Source: Bacteroidota bacterium (lineage in GTDB: Bacteria > Bacteroidota > Ignavibacteria > Kryptoniales > JAKASW01). From it: a stretch of DNA of 64,000 nt. Position 1 is the first letter of the stretch. Every line of letters begins with the position of its first letter. Below the pieces are notes generated by a model. The model saw only the letters and a program-made list of their open reading frames with translations, was not told where the DNA came from and did no database searches. The stretch is taken from contig JAJYRM010000007.1 in assembly GCA_021794075.1 (NCBI GenBank), positions 4,398 through 68,397 of the forward strand, written 5' to 3'. The translations under genes and the position numbers were made by a program. Below are positions 49,704 through 58,776 of the stretch, one piece after another.

Positions 49704-50779
49704 TGCACTTCAAGGCGCTTATCGCCAGCGGCGGTCGTGGAACCAGGCTAAGGCCAATCACGCACACACAAAACAAACACCTTATCCCAATTGCTAATAA
49801 GCCTATCCTTCACTATGCGATCGAAGCCGCGGTATCTGCCGGTATAGAAGAGATCGGAATTGTTACGAATGCGGAGAGCGATGAAGTGCCGAAGGCAATA
49901 GGAGACGGTTCGCGTTGGGGGGTAAGGATTAGTTACATTCCGCAGGACGCGCCGAGCGGACTTGCGCACGTAGTCAAGATCTCAGAAGATTTTATTGGTA
50001 AAGATAATTTCATATTCTACCTCGGTGACAATATGGTGGTAGGAGGAGTGAAGAAATATCTTGATGAGTTCCAAAGAAGTGGGGCGAATTGCTTCCTCAC
50101 ATTGGCTAAAGTCAAGGATCCCGAAAGGTTCGGTGTCCCGGAGATATCAAACGGGATAATAGTCGGGGTTGAAGAGAAACCCAGGAAGCCCAAGAGTAAC
50201 TTTGCAGTCGCAGGGATTTATATTTACGATCACCACATCTTCGATGCGGTGAAAGCCATAAAGCCGAGCGCTCGGGGGGAGCTCGAGATCTCCGATGCAC
50301 ATCAGTATCTCATAGACCACGGGTTCAAAGTGGGCTTCTCTGAGATCACCGGATGGTGGAAAGATACAGGGAAACCTCTCGATCTCCTTGAAGCGAATCG
50401 GTTGATACTGGAGAACATAGATGCAAACATAGAGGATGGCGCCGATGTCGATCAACACAGCGATGTCGCCGGCCGCGTTGTTCTCCAGAAGGGATGCAAA
50501 GTAGTCAACAGCAAAGTCAGGGGCCCCGCAATCATCGGGGAAGGAGCTGTTGTCGAAAACAGCTATGTTGGTCCGTTCACGTCGATAGGCGCCGGGACGA
50601 CGGTTATTAACAGTGAAGTTGAATACAGTATAGTTCTCAAGGGCTGCAAGATTCTCGACGCGGGCATGCGGATCGAAGGAAGTCTGCTCGGGAACGACGT
50701 GGAAATTGTGCGTGCGGACGGTAAGCCGCGGGTGCAGCGATTCATGATCGGAGATCAGAGCCGGGTCGAGGTCTCCTAA
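49700..50779 (+). CDS. glucose-1-phosphate thymidylyltransferase-like enzyme, long form (nucleotidyltransferase plus beta-helix)
   Basis: 359 aa starting ALIASGGRGTRLRPITHTQNKHLIPIANKP, followed by C-terminal hexapeptide repeats. Overlaps the upstream gene's stop by 4 nt. Confidence 0.85.
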   Translation: MMHFKALIASGGRGTRLRPITHTQNKHLIPIANKPILHYAIEAAVSAGIEEIGIVTNAESDEVPKAIGDGSRWGVRISYIPQDAPSGLAHVVKISEDFIGKDNFIFYLGDNMVVGGVKKYLDEFQRSGANCFLTLAKVKDPERFGVPEISNGIIVGVEEKPRKPKSNFAVAGIYIYDHHIFDAVKAIKPSARGELEISDAHQYLIDHGFKVGFSEITGWWKDTGKPLDLLEANRLILENIDANIEDGADVDQHSDVAGRVVLQKGCKVVNSKVRGPAIIGEGAVVENSYVGPFTSIGAGTTVINSEVEYSIVLKGCKILDAGMRIEGSLLGNDVEIVRADGKPRVQRFMIGDQSRVEVS

Positions 50780-50797
50780 AGTAAGGAGTGCATAGTC

Positions 50798-51580
50798 ATG
50801 GGACTGGGATCAGTTATCTATCGGAAAGAAGGGCACGCGGCGATTATCACGATAAACCGGCCCGAGAAGTTGAATGCTCTAAACGAGAACGTGTTGGAGG
50901 ACATGAAAGCCTCGCTCGACCAGGCACAGGCCGATTCGAATGTTTCGGCCGTCGTTGTCACTGGCGCGGGCGACAAGGCCTTCGTCGCGGGAGCCGACAT
51001 CGCGCGCCTCAGCGAGCTGACTGTCATAACTGCGAGAGATTTCGTTGAACGTGGGCAGGCTCTCTTCGACCGAATTGAAAAATTTCCCAAGCCAGTGATT
51101 GCCGCAATTAACGGATACGCACTTGGTGGAGGTAGCGAGCTGGCCTGGGCGTGCCACATTCGGATCGCATCCAGAAATGCAAAGTTCGGCCAGCCCGAGG
51201 TGAATCTCGGTGTCATCCCTGGTTACGGCGGAACTCAGAGGCTCCCGAGGTTGGCAGGGCGAGGCATCGCCACAGAACTTATAGTTACGGGAAGGCAAAT
51301 TGACGCGGAGACTGCGCTTACCATGCGCCTCGTGAACAAAGTCGTGGACATGGAGCAACTGTTGCCTGCAGCGCTAGAACTCGTCGAGTCGATTTCGCAG
51401 CGGTCCCCCTCAGCTGTTCGCTTCGCTCTCCAGGCCATCGATGCTACTGCTCAACTTCCACAGGATGAAGGCATGAAGCTCGAAGCGCAGTTGTTCGCCC
51501 TTTCCTGCGGAACCGCGGACCATAAAGAGGGAACTACTGCCTTTTTAGAGAAGCGGAAACCAGTCTGGAAGGGCGCCTGA
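50798..51580 (+). CDS. enoyl-CoA hydratase (crotonase family)
   Basis: 260 aa with ITINRPEKLNAL, GAGDKAFVAGADI and NGYALGGGSELA. Confidence 0.9.
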   Translation: MGLGSVIYRKEGHAAIITINRPEKLNALNENVLEDMKASLDQAQADSNVSAVVVTGAGDKAFVAGADIARLSELTVITARDFVERGQALFDRIEKFPKPVIAAINGYALGGGSELAWACHIRIASRNAKFGQPEVNLGVIPGYGGTQRLPRLAGRGIATELIVTGRQIDAETALTMRLVNKVVDMEQLLPAALELVESISQRSPSAVRFALQAIDATAQLPQDEGMKLEAQLFALSCGTADHKEGTTAFLEKRKPVWKGA

Positions 51581-51861
51581 GTCGGTAGCGGCTTATCCTG
51601 TAAGTTAGAATATGGTCGCAAAGTCCGCGGGGTGAGGATTTTTTCCATTGTATACGAAGGCGACATTCGAATGAAGCGTCCAAATGAAGTTCGGCGTGCT
51701 CGCTGATTTGTTGGCCGTTTCGTTGGATGATGTTTAGTCGGCACCGCATTGGATGATGGGGCATTCGGAATGGCGCTTGTGTTAAATGCCATATACTGAA
51801 GGCATTCCGAGACCAAACGCTGCCGTTTTTTAACCCCTATATTTTCGTAAATTATCTAGCA

Positions 51862-52974
51862 ATGAATCATACCAAGAAAGTTCCCCGAGTTGTCGTGGCC
51901 ATGAGCGGGGGAGTGGACTCCTCTGTTGCGGCTGTGCTCATGGTGGAGCAGGGCTACGATGTTATCGGAGTCACAATCAAGACTTACGACTACGAAGATG
52001 TAGGTGGTAACGACGATAGGGATTCAAGTTGCTGTTCGATAGATGGCATCAACATGGCGCGGAGCATTGCTAGCAAATATGGCTTTCCGCATTATGTCTT
52101 CGATTTCAGCGACAGGTTCAAACGGGAAGTGATTGACGAGTTTGCGACCGAATATCTAGCGGGCAGGACGCCAAATCCGTGCGTCATCTGCAACAGAAAG
52201 ATCAAGTGGGAATATCTTCTGGAGAAAGCTGAGAGCCTGGGGGCGGATTCAATTTGCACCGGCCATTATGCCAGGGTCAGATTCGACGAGAAACTGCAGC
52301 GTTATGTCCTATCAAAGGGAAAAGACGGAGTGAAGGATCAGTCCTACGCGCTTTATGGATTGTCACAGGATAGTTTGAGAAGGACAATCTTTCCGCTCGG
52401 CGAGATGACGAAACCGGAGGTTCGCGAGCTGGCAGCGAATCGCGGCATCGCGAGCGCAATGAAGCCCGAAAGTTACGAGATATGTTTCGTGGCCGATAAC
52501 AACTACGGCAGGTTCCTTAAGGATTATGTACCGGGCCTGGATCAGAGGTTGCAGGGAGGAAGCATTGTGTATGATGGGAAAAGGGTCGGGGAACATAAAG
52601 GCTATGCGTTCTATACCATCGGGCAGAGAAGAGGATTGGGGATTAGTCACGACACACCTCTCTACGTGAAAAGCATCGATCCAGCCAAGAATGTTGTGGA
52701 AGTGGATGTCGACGAAAAGTTATATTCAGTAGGACTCACCGCAGAGCGGGTGAATTTGGTTAAGTACCATGACATCCCGGCAGATGGAAAGTTCAAAGCC
52801 AAGATTCGTTACAAGGATGGTGGCGCTGACTGCGTAGTAGCATTGAATGCAAGTGGCAGTCTTGATGTGCGCTTCGGTACTCCGCGCAGGGCTATCACAC
52901 CGGGTCAGAGCGTTGTGATTTACGAAGGTGACGACGTGGTCGCCGGCGGAATTATTTCTAATAAAATAGATTGA
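51862..52974 (+). CDS. mnmA: tRNA 2-thiouridine(34) synthase
   Basis: 370 aa with the PP-loop VVAMSGGVDSSVAA, NPCVICN and DQSYAL. Confidence 0.93.
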   Translation: MNHTKKVPRVVVAMSGGVDSSVAAVLMVEQGYDVIGVTIKTYDYEDVGGNDDRDSSCCSIDGINMARSIASKYGFPHYVFDFSDRFKREVIDEFATEYLAGRTPNPCVICNRKIKWEYLLEKAESLGADSICTGHYARVRFDEKLQRYVLSKGKDGVKDQSYALYGLSQDSLRRTIFPLGEMTKPEVRELAANRGIASAMKPESYEICFVADNNYGRFLKDYVPGLDQRLQGGSIVYDGKRVGEHKGYAFYTIGQRRGLGISHDTPLYVKSIDPAKNVVEVDVDEKLYSVGLTAERVNLVKYHDIPADGKFKAKIRYKDGGADCVVALNASGSLDVRFGTPRRAITPGQSVVIYEGDDVVAGGIISNKID

Positions 52975-52975
52975 G

Positions 52976-53383
52976 ATGCAGGCATTTACAGTATTAGTCG
53001 CGGATGACGACGAATCGCAAAGGAATATCCAGAAGCTGGTTTTGGCCGAGGCCGCCAAGTCGCTTGATGCGGAGGTCAGGATAGATGAAGCGCTTGACAG
53101 CGTCCAGACCAGGATATTTCTTGAAAAGAAGAAATACGATATCGTGATTCTTGACAATGAATTCAAGGACGAGCGATCACCGGGACATCTTCCGGGAATC
53201 GCTCTCCTGCAGCTGATGAGGAAGGGAGGACTCAATATGAAGTCCCCGACCATCTTCCTTACGGGTGACCCCTATGATACCTTAAGACCAATGGCGGAAA
53301 AATTCAGTGCTATTTACTACCAGAAGGCCAAGGCGGATACGGGGGAAATGACCCAAATGTATATCAAGCTCCTGTCTAAATAG
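52976..53383 (+). CDS. stand-alone response-regulator receiver domain protein
   Basis: 135 aa with the acidic pocket VADDDE, phospho-acceptor context DIVILDNEF, and the conserved T (FLTGD) and K (YYQKA). No output domain. Confidence 0.75.
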   Translation: MQAFTVLVADDDESQRNIQKLVLAEAAKSLDAEVRIDEALDSVQTRIFLEKKKYDIVILDNEFKDERSPGHLPGIALLQLMRKGGLNMKSPTIFLTGDPYDTLRPMAEKFSAIYYQKAKADTGEMTQMYIKLLSK

Positions 53384-53489
53384 GACGGTCAACGCTTGAT
53401 TGCCCTCCAGGCGCTTGCGCTGGTTGAGCAATCTGGGGTACGACTAGGCAGTGCAAAATACTGGAAAGCTGAGGAGGATTAAGGCGAGA

Positions 53490-54182
53490 TCACTTCTCGA
53501 TCAAGAGCACGAGGTGCTGCGCCTTGTCAGTTAATCTGATCAGTGTTCGGTCGAAGACTCTCCACAGCCATAGTGGAAGATTCCTGAATAGCTTCGGCGT
53601 GCGAGCGAGCACGAGGACCTTGCTTCCGAATACGTAAACACTTTTCCGGCTCCCCTCCGGGAAGAATGAAGACAACGATTCATTATCAAAGCTGTGAAGA
53701 TGGGCGTTCCATGGCGTAACCTTGTTGCAGTGAATGCAGAGGGTGTACCGTAATCTTTCCTTATAGGGCGTGGAAACAAGTGCCCTGCCGCCAGGCTTCA
53801 AGACTCTCCATATTTCCCGCGCGGCCGTTCCCGGGTCGTTCAAATGTTCTATAATCTCTGAGGCGACTACAAACTCCTGCGATTCGTCTTTGAAGGGAAG
53901 TGCGTGAGCATCCGCGAGAACGGGAATTGAAGCGTCAGACTTCAGAACCCGAAGATTCTTATTCGATAAATCAACGAAAAGAATTTTATGATGAGGGATG
54001 AACGATGTCCAGCCACTGCCGCTTCCTATGTCCAGAACGGTGTGGGGCGTCCCCGCGAGTGTCAGAAGGAATTTCCTGAAAAGCTTTTCGTAGGCTTTAT
54101 CGGTCGGATCCTGGTTCGTGAAGTAATCGAATTCTTCCGCGTCCGTACGGTAGTGCTCGATGTAGTTTTCGCAACGGTTCAC
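53490..54182 (-). CDS. class I SAM-dependent methyltransferase
   Basis: 230 aa with motif I VLDIGSGSGW, an acidic loop and LKPGGRALVSTP. It carries an extra CIHCNK...H..H segment. Confidence 0.8.
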   Translation of the reverse strand: MNRCENYIEHYRTDAEEFDYFTNQDPTDKAYEKLFRKFLLTLAGTPHTVLDIGSGSGWTSFIPHHKILFVDLSNKNLRVLKSDASIPVLADAHALPFKDESQEFVVASEIIEHLNDPGTAAREIWRVLKPGGRALVSTPYKERLRYTLCIHCNKVTPWNAHLHSFDNESLSSFFPEGSRKSVYVFGSKVLVLARTPKLFRNLPLWLWRVFDRTLIRLTDKAQHLVLLIEK

Positions 54183-54706
54183 TTTTTTAATCCCGAAATT
54201 TTCTTGCTGAATGCGTTGTAGGCCTCATTGCCCAGAAGTACGAAAGTGACGCGCTTGAGCGATGATGCTTTTTGCAGGTATGAGGCGGCACAATCGACCA
54301 TTATATTAGCCGCTTCCGTTAAAGGGAAACCTCCCACTCCAGTGCCGAGGGCAGGGAATGCGATTGATTTTATTCCCTTCAAGTCGGCGAGGCGAAGCGA
54401 AGACATCGTAGCGGCGAATATCTTTGAAGAGTCGGTGTTTAAATCCTGTCCCATTACTGCCGCGTGAATGACGTGCTTTGCCTTCAGATTTCCTCCGCCA
54501 GTTATTACGGCCTCTCCGACAGGCTTTGGCCCTTGACGCATCGCTTCATCCTCGATGCTCTTGCCACCCGCGCGTTTGATGGCGCCGGCCACTCCTCCCC
54601 CCATCCAGAAATGATTGTTCGCAGCGTTCACCACAGCCTCGCCATCGTATTCGGTTATGTCACCCTCAATTACCTCGATGATCTTCTCTCCTACTTCAAT
54701 TTTCAT
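54179..54706 (-). CDS. macro-domain protein (ADP-ribose / O-acetyl-ADP-ribose hydrolase type)
   Basis: 175 aa with VVNAANNHFWMGGGVAGAI, VIHAAV and FPALGTGVGG. Confidence 0.88.
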   Translation of the reverse strand: MKIEVGEKIIEVIEGDITEYDGEAVVNAANNHFWMGGGVAGAIKRAGGKSIEDEAMRQGPKPVGEAVITGGGNLKAKHVIHAAVMGQDLNTDSSKIFAATMSSLRLADLKGIKSIAFPALGTGVGGFPLTEAANIMVDCAASYLQKASSLKRVTFVLLGNEAYNAFSKKISGLKK

Positions 54707-54917
54707 CTGGCTTCTACCTCTCTCGGTCCCGAAGAAAGATTAGCATTCATCTCCAATGTTTAACGCGGGACCTGGTTAAAATATTTGCGAACGCGGATCG
54801 CTGCTTCGGAGACATTCACAACGAATGGCGAGACACCCTGAAGCTTCTGCGGCAAACTGAAAATCAACGCGCCTTGATTTTGAACACCTCGCTGGAGTAA
54901 TTTAACTCATAAATCCT

Positions 54918-56963
54918 GTGAGTAGAAAGACTTATACATTCATTGCCATCGCCCTGATGTCGTCGGCTTTCGGCGGCTGCTTTGCTTGGAATTATGTCAA
55001 GGTGGGATACGATAACTTCTCCGCATATTTCAATACCTTCTACAATGCCAGTGTCTCATTCGACGCCGGTATGAAAGATGTGAAAGCGGGCAAAAAAGCC
55101 TACGATTTGAGCCTCATATCGGGGGATCATCCGGCGCCGTTCGTGATCAGCCAGAACGCTAGACAGGATTTCGAACAGACGATTGTCGAAGCTTCAAAAG
55201 TGCTACAATATCATCCCCACTCAGAGTTTACGGAAGACTGTCTCTTCATGATCGGCATAAGCTATTATTATCAGGGTGACAATCTGAGCGGCGAACGAAA
55301 ATTTCTTGAGGTGGAGGCGACTTTTCCGAACACGAAGAGAATCGCGGAAGCCGAGATGTATTACGGTGCCATGGAACTAAATGGGCTGAAGAAAGAAACC
55401 GGACGCGACAGGGTGTTGCACGCGATCCGAATTGCGCGGAGGGAAGGCAAGCGGAATATTATTTCAATGTCTTCGGACATCCTGGCCGATTACTACCTTA
55501 GACAAGGGGATACAGTTACCGCAGCCGCGTATCTAGATACGGCCTCCGTATTTTCTCAGGGGGACGAGGCGTCGATTTACGCTTGTCGGGCCGGCCGCCT
55601 CATGGTTGATTCTAAAGATTACCTCGAAGCGTCGAATGCTTTTTTATTTGCAGAAAAGGAGGCTCATGATGTTCAGATCAGGTTTTACTGCCGGTATTAC
55701 CTGGCGCGCGCCCAGAGGCTTATGGGACGTTATTATGCCGCGCTAGATGGCTTGAGAAGCCTTCTCAGGAATGACAATTTCTTCGATTACTTTCCTCTGG
55801 TCAAGTACCAGGAAGCGACGGTGCTATACGATTCTGGCGAGGTGTCGCATGCCGTTACTGCCTACGAGAACATCGACACGGCTTATTCCACGAGCGTGGC
55901 GGCTACGCGAAGCGCCTACCGGCTTGCCAAGATATATCTGTATCAAGTCGGCGATTTTCAGAGCGCGCTGAAGTACTTCCAAAGAGTGACCAGTCATCCG
56001 AATGTTTATTTGATTTCGGACAGCGGGCAGATAATGGCACGCACGCTCCAGGATTACCTTATCGAAAGCTACAAAGTGTTGATGAACGATAGTCTATACT
56101 ATTCTGCTCTGGATGCAAAGCGGAAGAACGACACTTCGGCAGCTTATTCCAAGGAAAGAATAGATACACTTTATGAACACGCTGCTCAATCAAGGGACGA
56201 GCTGGCGGGATTGTACATGTTCAAGTTAGTCATCCCCGATTCGGCGATTAACTGTTACAAGACTGTCATCAGGGATTTCCCAAACTCGAGCGTGTACCAG
56301 TCCGCACTTTATAGTTTGGGAGAGTATTACTATTCATCGGGAGATACCGCAAGTGGTAGAAAGTACCTCGATGAGCTGATAAACAACTATAAAGATTCTC
56401 CTTACGCCTTATCGGCGTGCACGGTACTCGGCCTCCCACCTCCTGTTGTTGTGGATTCATCTCGAATCAAATACGACCAGGCTGTTGAGCTCACGCAGAA
56501 TGGGAATTACAATCAAGCGGTGGACAAATTGCGTGAGCTGCTAAAAAGCCCGAAGTCAAAACTCGCCCCCAAGGCACTGTACACGCTCGGATGGATATAT
56601 GAAACCAAGCTCCAAGCGCCCGACTCGGCCTTTGTTTACTACCGGCAATTGTCGACGCAATTTCCAAATTCTCCCTACGGAGAAAATGTCAAGCTTGCTG
56701 TGACGGGGTACGAGACTGCTCAGCAAGACAGTGCGCTCGCAAGAAAAGCGCGAGCGGACTCCATAGCGGCAGCTGCCAGGCTGAAGGAGAGAGCTGATTC
56801 GTTAAAGACCGCGTTGCCTGTCATCAAACGTGCCGATACTGAGACTCAAAAGAAGATTGAAGCGGCACCTGACTCGGCGCGCAAACCTATAGGCACACCC
56901 CGGGATACATCGGGCTCGGGTAAAGAACCATCCGGAGACTTAATTAAACGCGAGAAAAAATAA
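54918..56963 (+). CDS. TPR-repeat lipoprotein
   Basis: 681 aa with GTG start and lipobox ALMSSAFGGC. It has many TPR-like helices (YBGF-like C-terminal repeats) and a low-complexity K/A/S tail. Confidence 0.75.
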   Translation: MSRKTYTFIAIALMSSAFGGCFAWNYVKVGYDNFSAYFNTFYNASVSFDAGMKDVKAGKKAYDLSLISGDHPAPFVISQNARQDFEQTIVEASKVLQYHPHSEFTEDCLFMIGISYYYQGDNLSGERKFLEVEATFPNTKRIAEAEMYYGAMELNGLKKETGRDRVLHAIRIARREGKRNIISMSSDILADYYLRQGDTVTAAAYLDTASVFSQGDEASIYACRAGRLMVDSKDYLEASNAFLFAEKEAHDVQIRFYCRYYLARAQRLMGRYYAALDGLRSLLRNDNFFDYFPLVKYQEATVLYDSGEVSHAVTAYENIDTAYSTSVAATRSAYRLAKIYLYQVGDFQSALKYFQRVTSHPNVYLISDSGQIMARTLQDYLIESYKVLMNDSLYYSALDAKRKNDTSAAYSKERIDTLYEHAAQSRDELAGLYMFKLVIPDSAINCYKTVIRDFPNSSVYQSALYSLGEYYYSSGDTASGRKYLDELINNYKDSPYALSACTVLGLPPPVVVDSSRIKYDQAVELTQNGNYNQAVDKLRELLKSPKSKLAPKALYTLGWIYETKLQAPDSAFVYYRQLSTQFPNSPYGENVKLAVTGYETAQQDSALARKARADSIAAAARLKERADSLKTALPVIKRADTETQKKIEAAPDSARKPIGTPRDTSGSGKEPSGDLIKREKK

Positions 56964-57743
56964 TTGGCGGGAAAATCCTTTCTTGAAACTGCTGTAACTG
57001 TAAATACACGGAAGGTTGCGGAGCAAACCTTCATCTCAACTTTTCGTTCACCACGTATCTCAGCGCTAGTTGAAGCTGGTCAATTTGTCATGGCCTCTTT
57101 TCCGGGGACGATAGATCCTCTTTTGCCGAGAGCTTTTTCGGTCTGCGACGTAGAGGATGACACACTTTCGCTCCTCTATGTCGCCGTTGGTAGAGGAACG
57201 AGGAAGATATCCGAACTCATGCCAGGCGCGGAACTCATTCTTAATGGGCCACTTGGAAACGGCTTTCCTGAAAGGGAAAGCGGTAGAAAGATTTGGGTCG
57301 CGGTAGGAGGTTCCGGGGCCGCGATCCTCCCGATCTTATCCAGGAGCGCGAAACGTGTCGGAAGCGAAGTGCGATTCTTTTATGGAGCAAGGACCATGTC
57401 TCAACTGGTTCCGTTTAAAGAGGCGACTAATATCGCGCATGCCACAGATGACGGCTCGGCGGGATTTCACGGTAATGTTGTCGGTCTGCTGAAACAGGAG
57501 CTCAGGCGAGACACGCCCGAAATGTTGTTCGGATGCGGGCCAACGCCGATGCTTGTCAGTATGCAGAAGGAGTTCGGCACGAAGATACCGACATACTTGT
57601 CCGTCGAGACCCCGATGGCTTGCGGGATGGGGCTTTGCCAGGGATGCCCGATAAAAAAGAGCGACAGTGTCGACTATTATCTCGCCTGCAAGGACGGCCC
57701 GGTTTTCAGGTCGACGGAGATTGAATTCGAGGTGAAGCCATGA
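56964..57743 (+). CDS. pyrK: dihydroorotate dehydrogenase electron-transfer subunit
   Basis: 259 aa with an FAD/NAD(P)-binding fold (RAFSV, GGSGAA) and C-terminal 2Fe-2S cysteines CGMGLCQGC...C. TTG start directly follows the TPR gene's stop. Confidence 0.85.
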   Translation: MAGKSFLETAVTVNTRKVAEQTFISTFRSPRISALVEAGQFVMASFPGTIDPLLPRAFSVCDVEDDTLSLLYVAVGRGTRKISELMPGAELILNGPLGNGFPERESGRKIWVAVGGSGAAILPILSRSAKRVGSEVRFFYGARTMSQLVPFKEATNIAHATDDGSAGFHGNVVGLLKQELRRDTPEMLFGCGPTPMLVSMQKEFGTKIPTYLSVETPMACGMGLCQGCPIKKSDSVDYYLACKDGPVFRSTEIEFEVKP

Positions 57744-58687
57744 AGCCGGATGTGAAAGTAAAGATCGGGGAACTAGAGTTGAAAAATCCCCTGATGACCG
57801 CGTCTGGCACTTGTGGGTACGGCGATGAGCTCGGAACATATTTTGATGTATCGATGCTCGGTGCGGTTGTTTCAAAATCTCTTACGCTGAAACCGAAAAT
57901 AGGAAACGAGCCTCCCCGCGTCGCCGAGGTGGCTTGCGGGATGCTTAATTCTATCGGACTGGCAAACATCGGTGTAAGTCGCTTCATCGATGAAAAGATT
58001 CCAAGGCTTGACGAACTTGGTGCGCTCGTCGTAGCAAACATTGCGGCAAAACGCGTTGAGGACTACGTCTCTCTGGCTGAGATTTTGGCGGCAAACAAGT
58101 CTGTGCGTGGGCTTGAGCTGAACCTTTCTTGTCCAAACGTAAAGGAGGGCGGGATTGAGTTCGGTACAGATGTAAAAACTCTTTCATCGATAGTAAAACT
58201 TGTTAGGAAAGTATTTCCGAGAACGCTCATCGTGAAGCTTACGCCGAACGTGACGCGCATCGGCGACTTTGCTAAAGCAGCGGAGACGGAGGGGGCCGAC
58301 GGCGTCACCGTCGCCAACACTTATGTCGGAATGGCCATTGACATAAACTCGATGATGCCGAAGATCCACACAGTTACCGGCGGACTGTCGGGGCCCGCGG
58401 TGAAGCCGCTCACCATGGCAAGAGTTTTTCAGGTCTCGAAGTCGGTGAGCATCCCCATCGTTGCCAGCGGGGGAATTTTTACTTGGCAGGACGTTGTTGA
58501 GTATATGATTGCAGGTGCGGCGGCAGTGGAGATTGGCACGGCGCTATTCACTAAACCGGACGTGCCTTCCGGCCTGCTCAATGGAATAGAAGCGTACGCG
58601 GCAGGCCGGAAGCTTGAAAAGCTTTCCGACCTTACCGGTAGTCTTCGGTTTGAGCGTGATAATGTGCCGCATATGGACCGTCATTGA
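57740..58687 (+). CDS. pyrD: dihydroorotate dehydrogenase catalytic subunit (class 1B)
   Basis: 315 aa with LKNPLMTASGT, NLSCPN, GGLSGPA and the family TIM barrel. Confidence 0.93.
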   Translation: MKPDVKVKIGELELKNPLMTASGTCGYGDELGTYFDVSMLGAVVSKSLTLKPKIGNEPPRVAEVACGMLNSIGLANIGVSRFIDEKIPRLDELGALVVANIAAKRVEDYVSLAEILAANKSVRGLELNLSCPNVKEGGIEFGTDVKTLSSIVKLVRKVFPRTLIVKLTPNVTRIGDFAKAAETEGADGVTVANTYVGMAIDINSMMPKIHTVTGGLSGPAVKPLTMARVFQVSKSVSIPIVASGGIFTWQDVVEYMIAGAAAVEIGTALFTKPDVPSGLLNGIEAYAAGRKLEKLSDLTGSLRFERDNVPHMDRH

Positions 58688-58776
58688 TGCGAGATATTCA
58701 TTTCTGAAGAAGGTTAATCGAAAAGGTAAAAGTTGAAGTCCCCCCCGTGTCGTGAGCACGATCATTCATTAAATCT

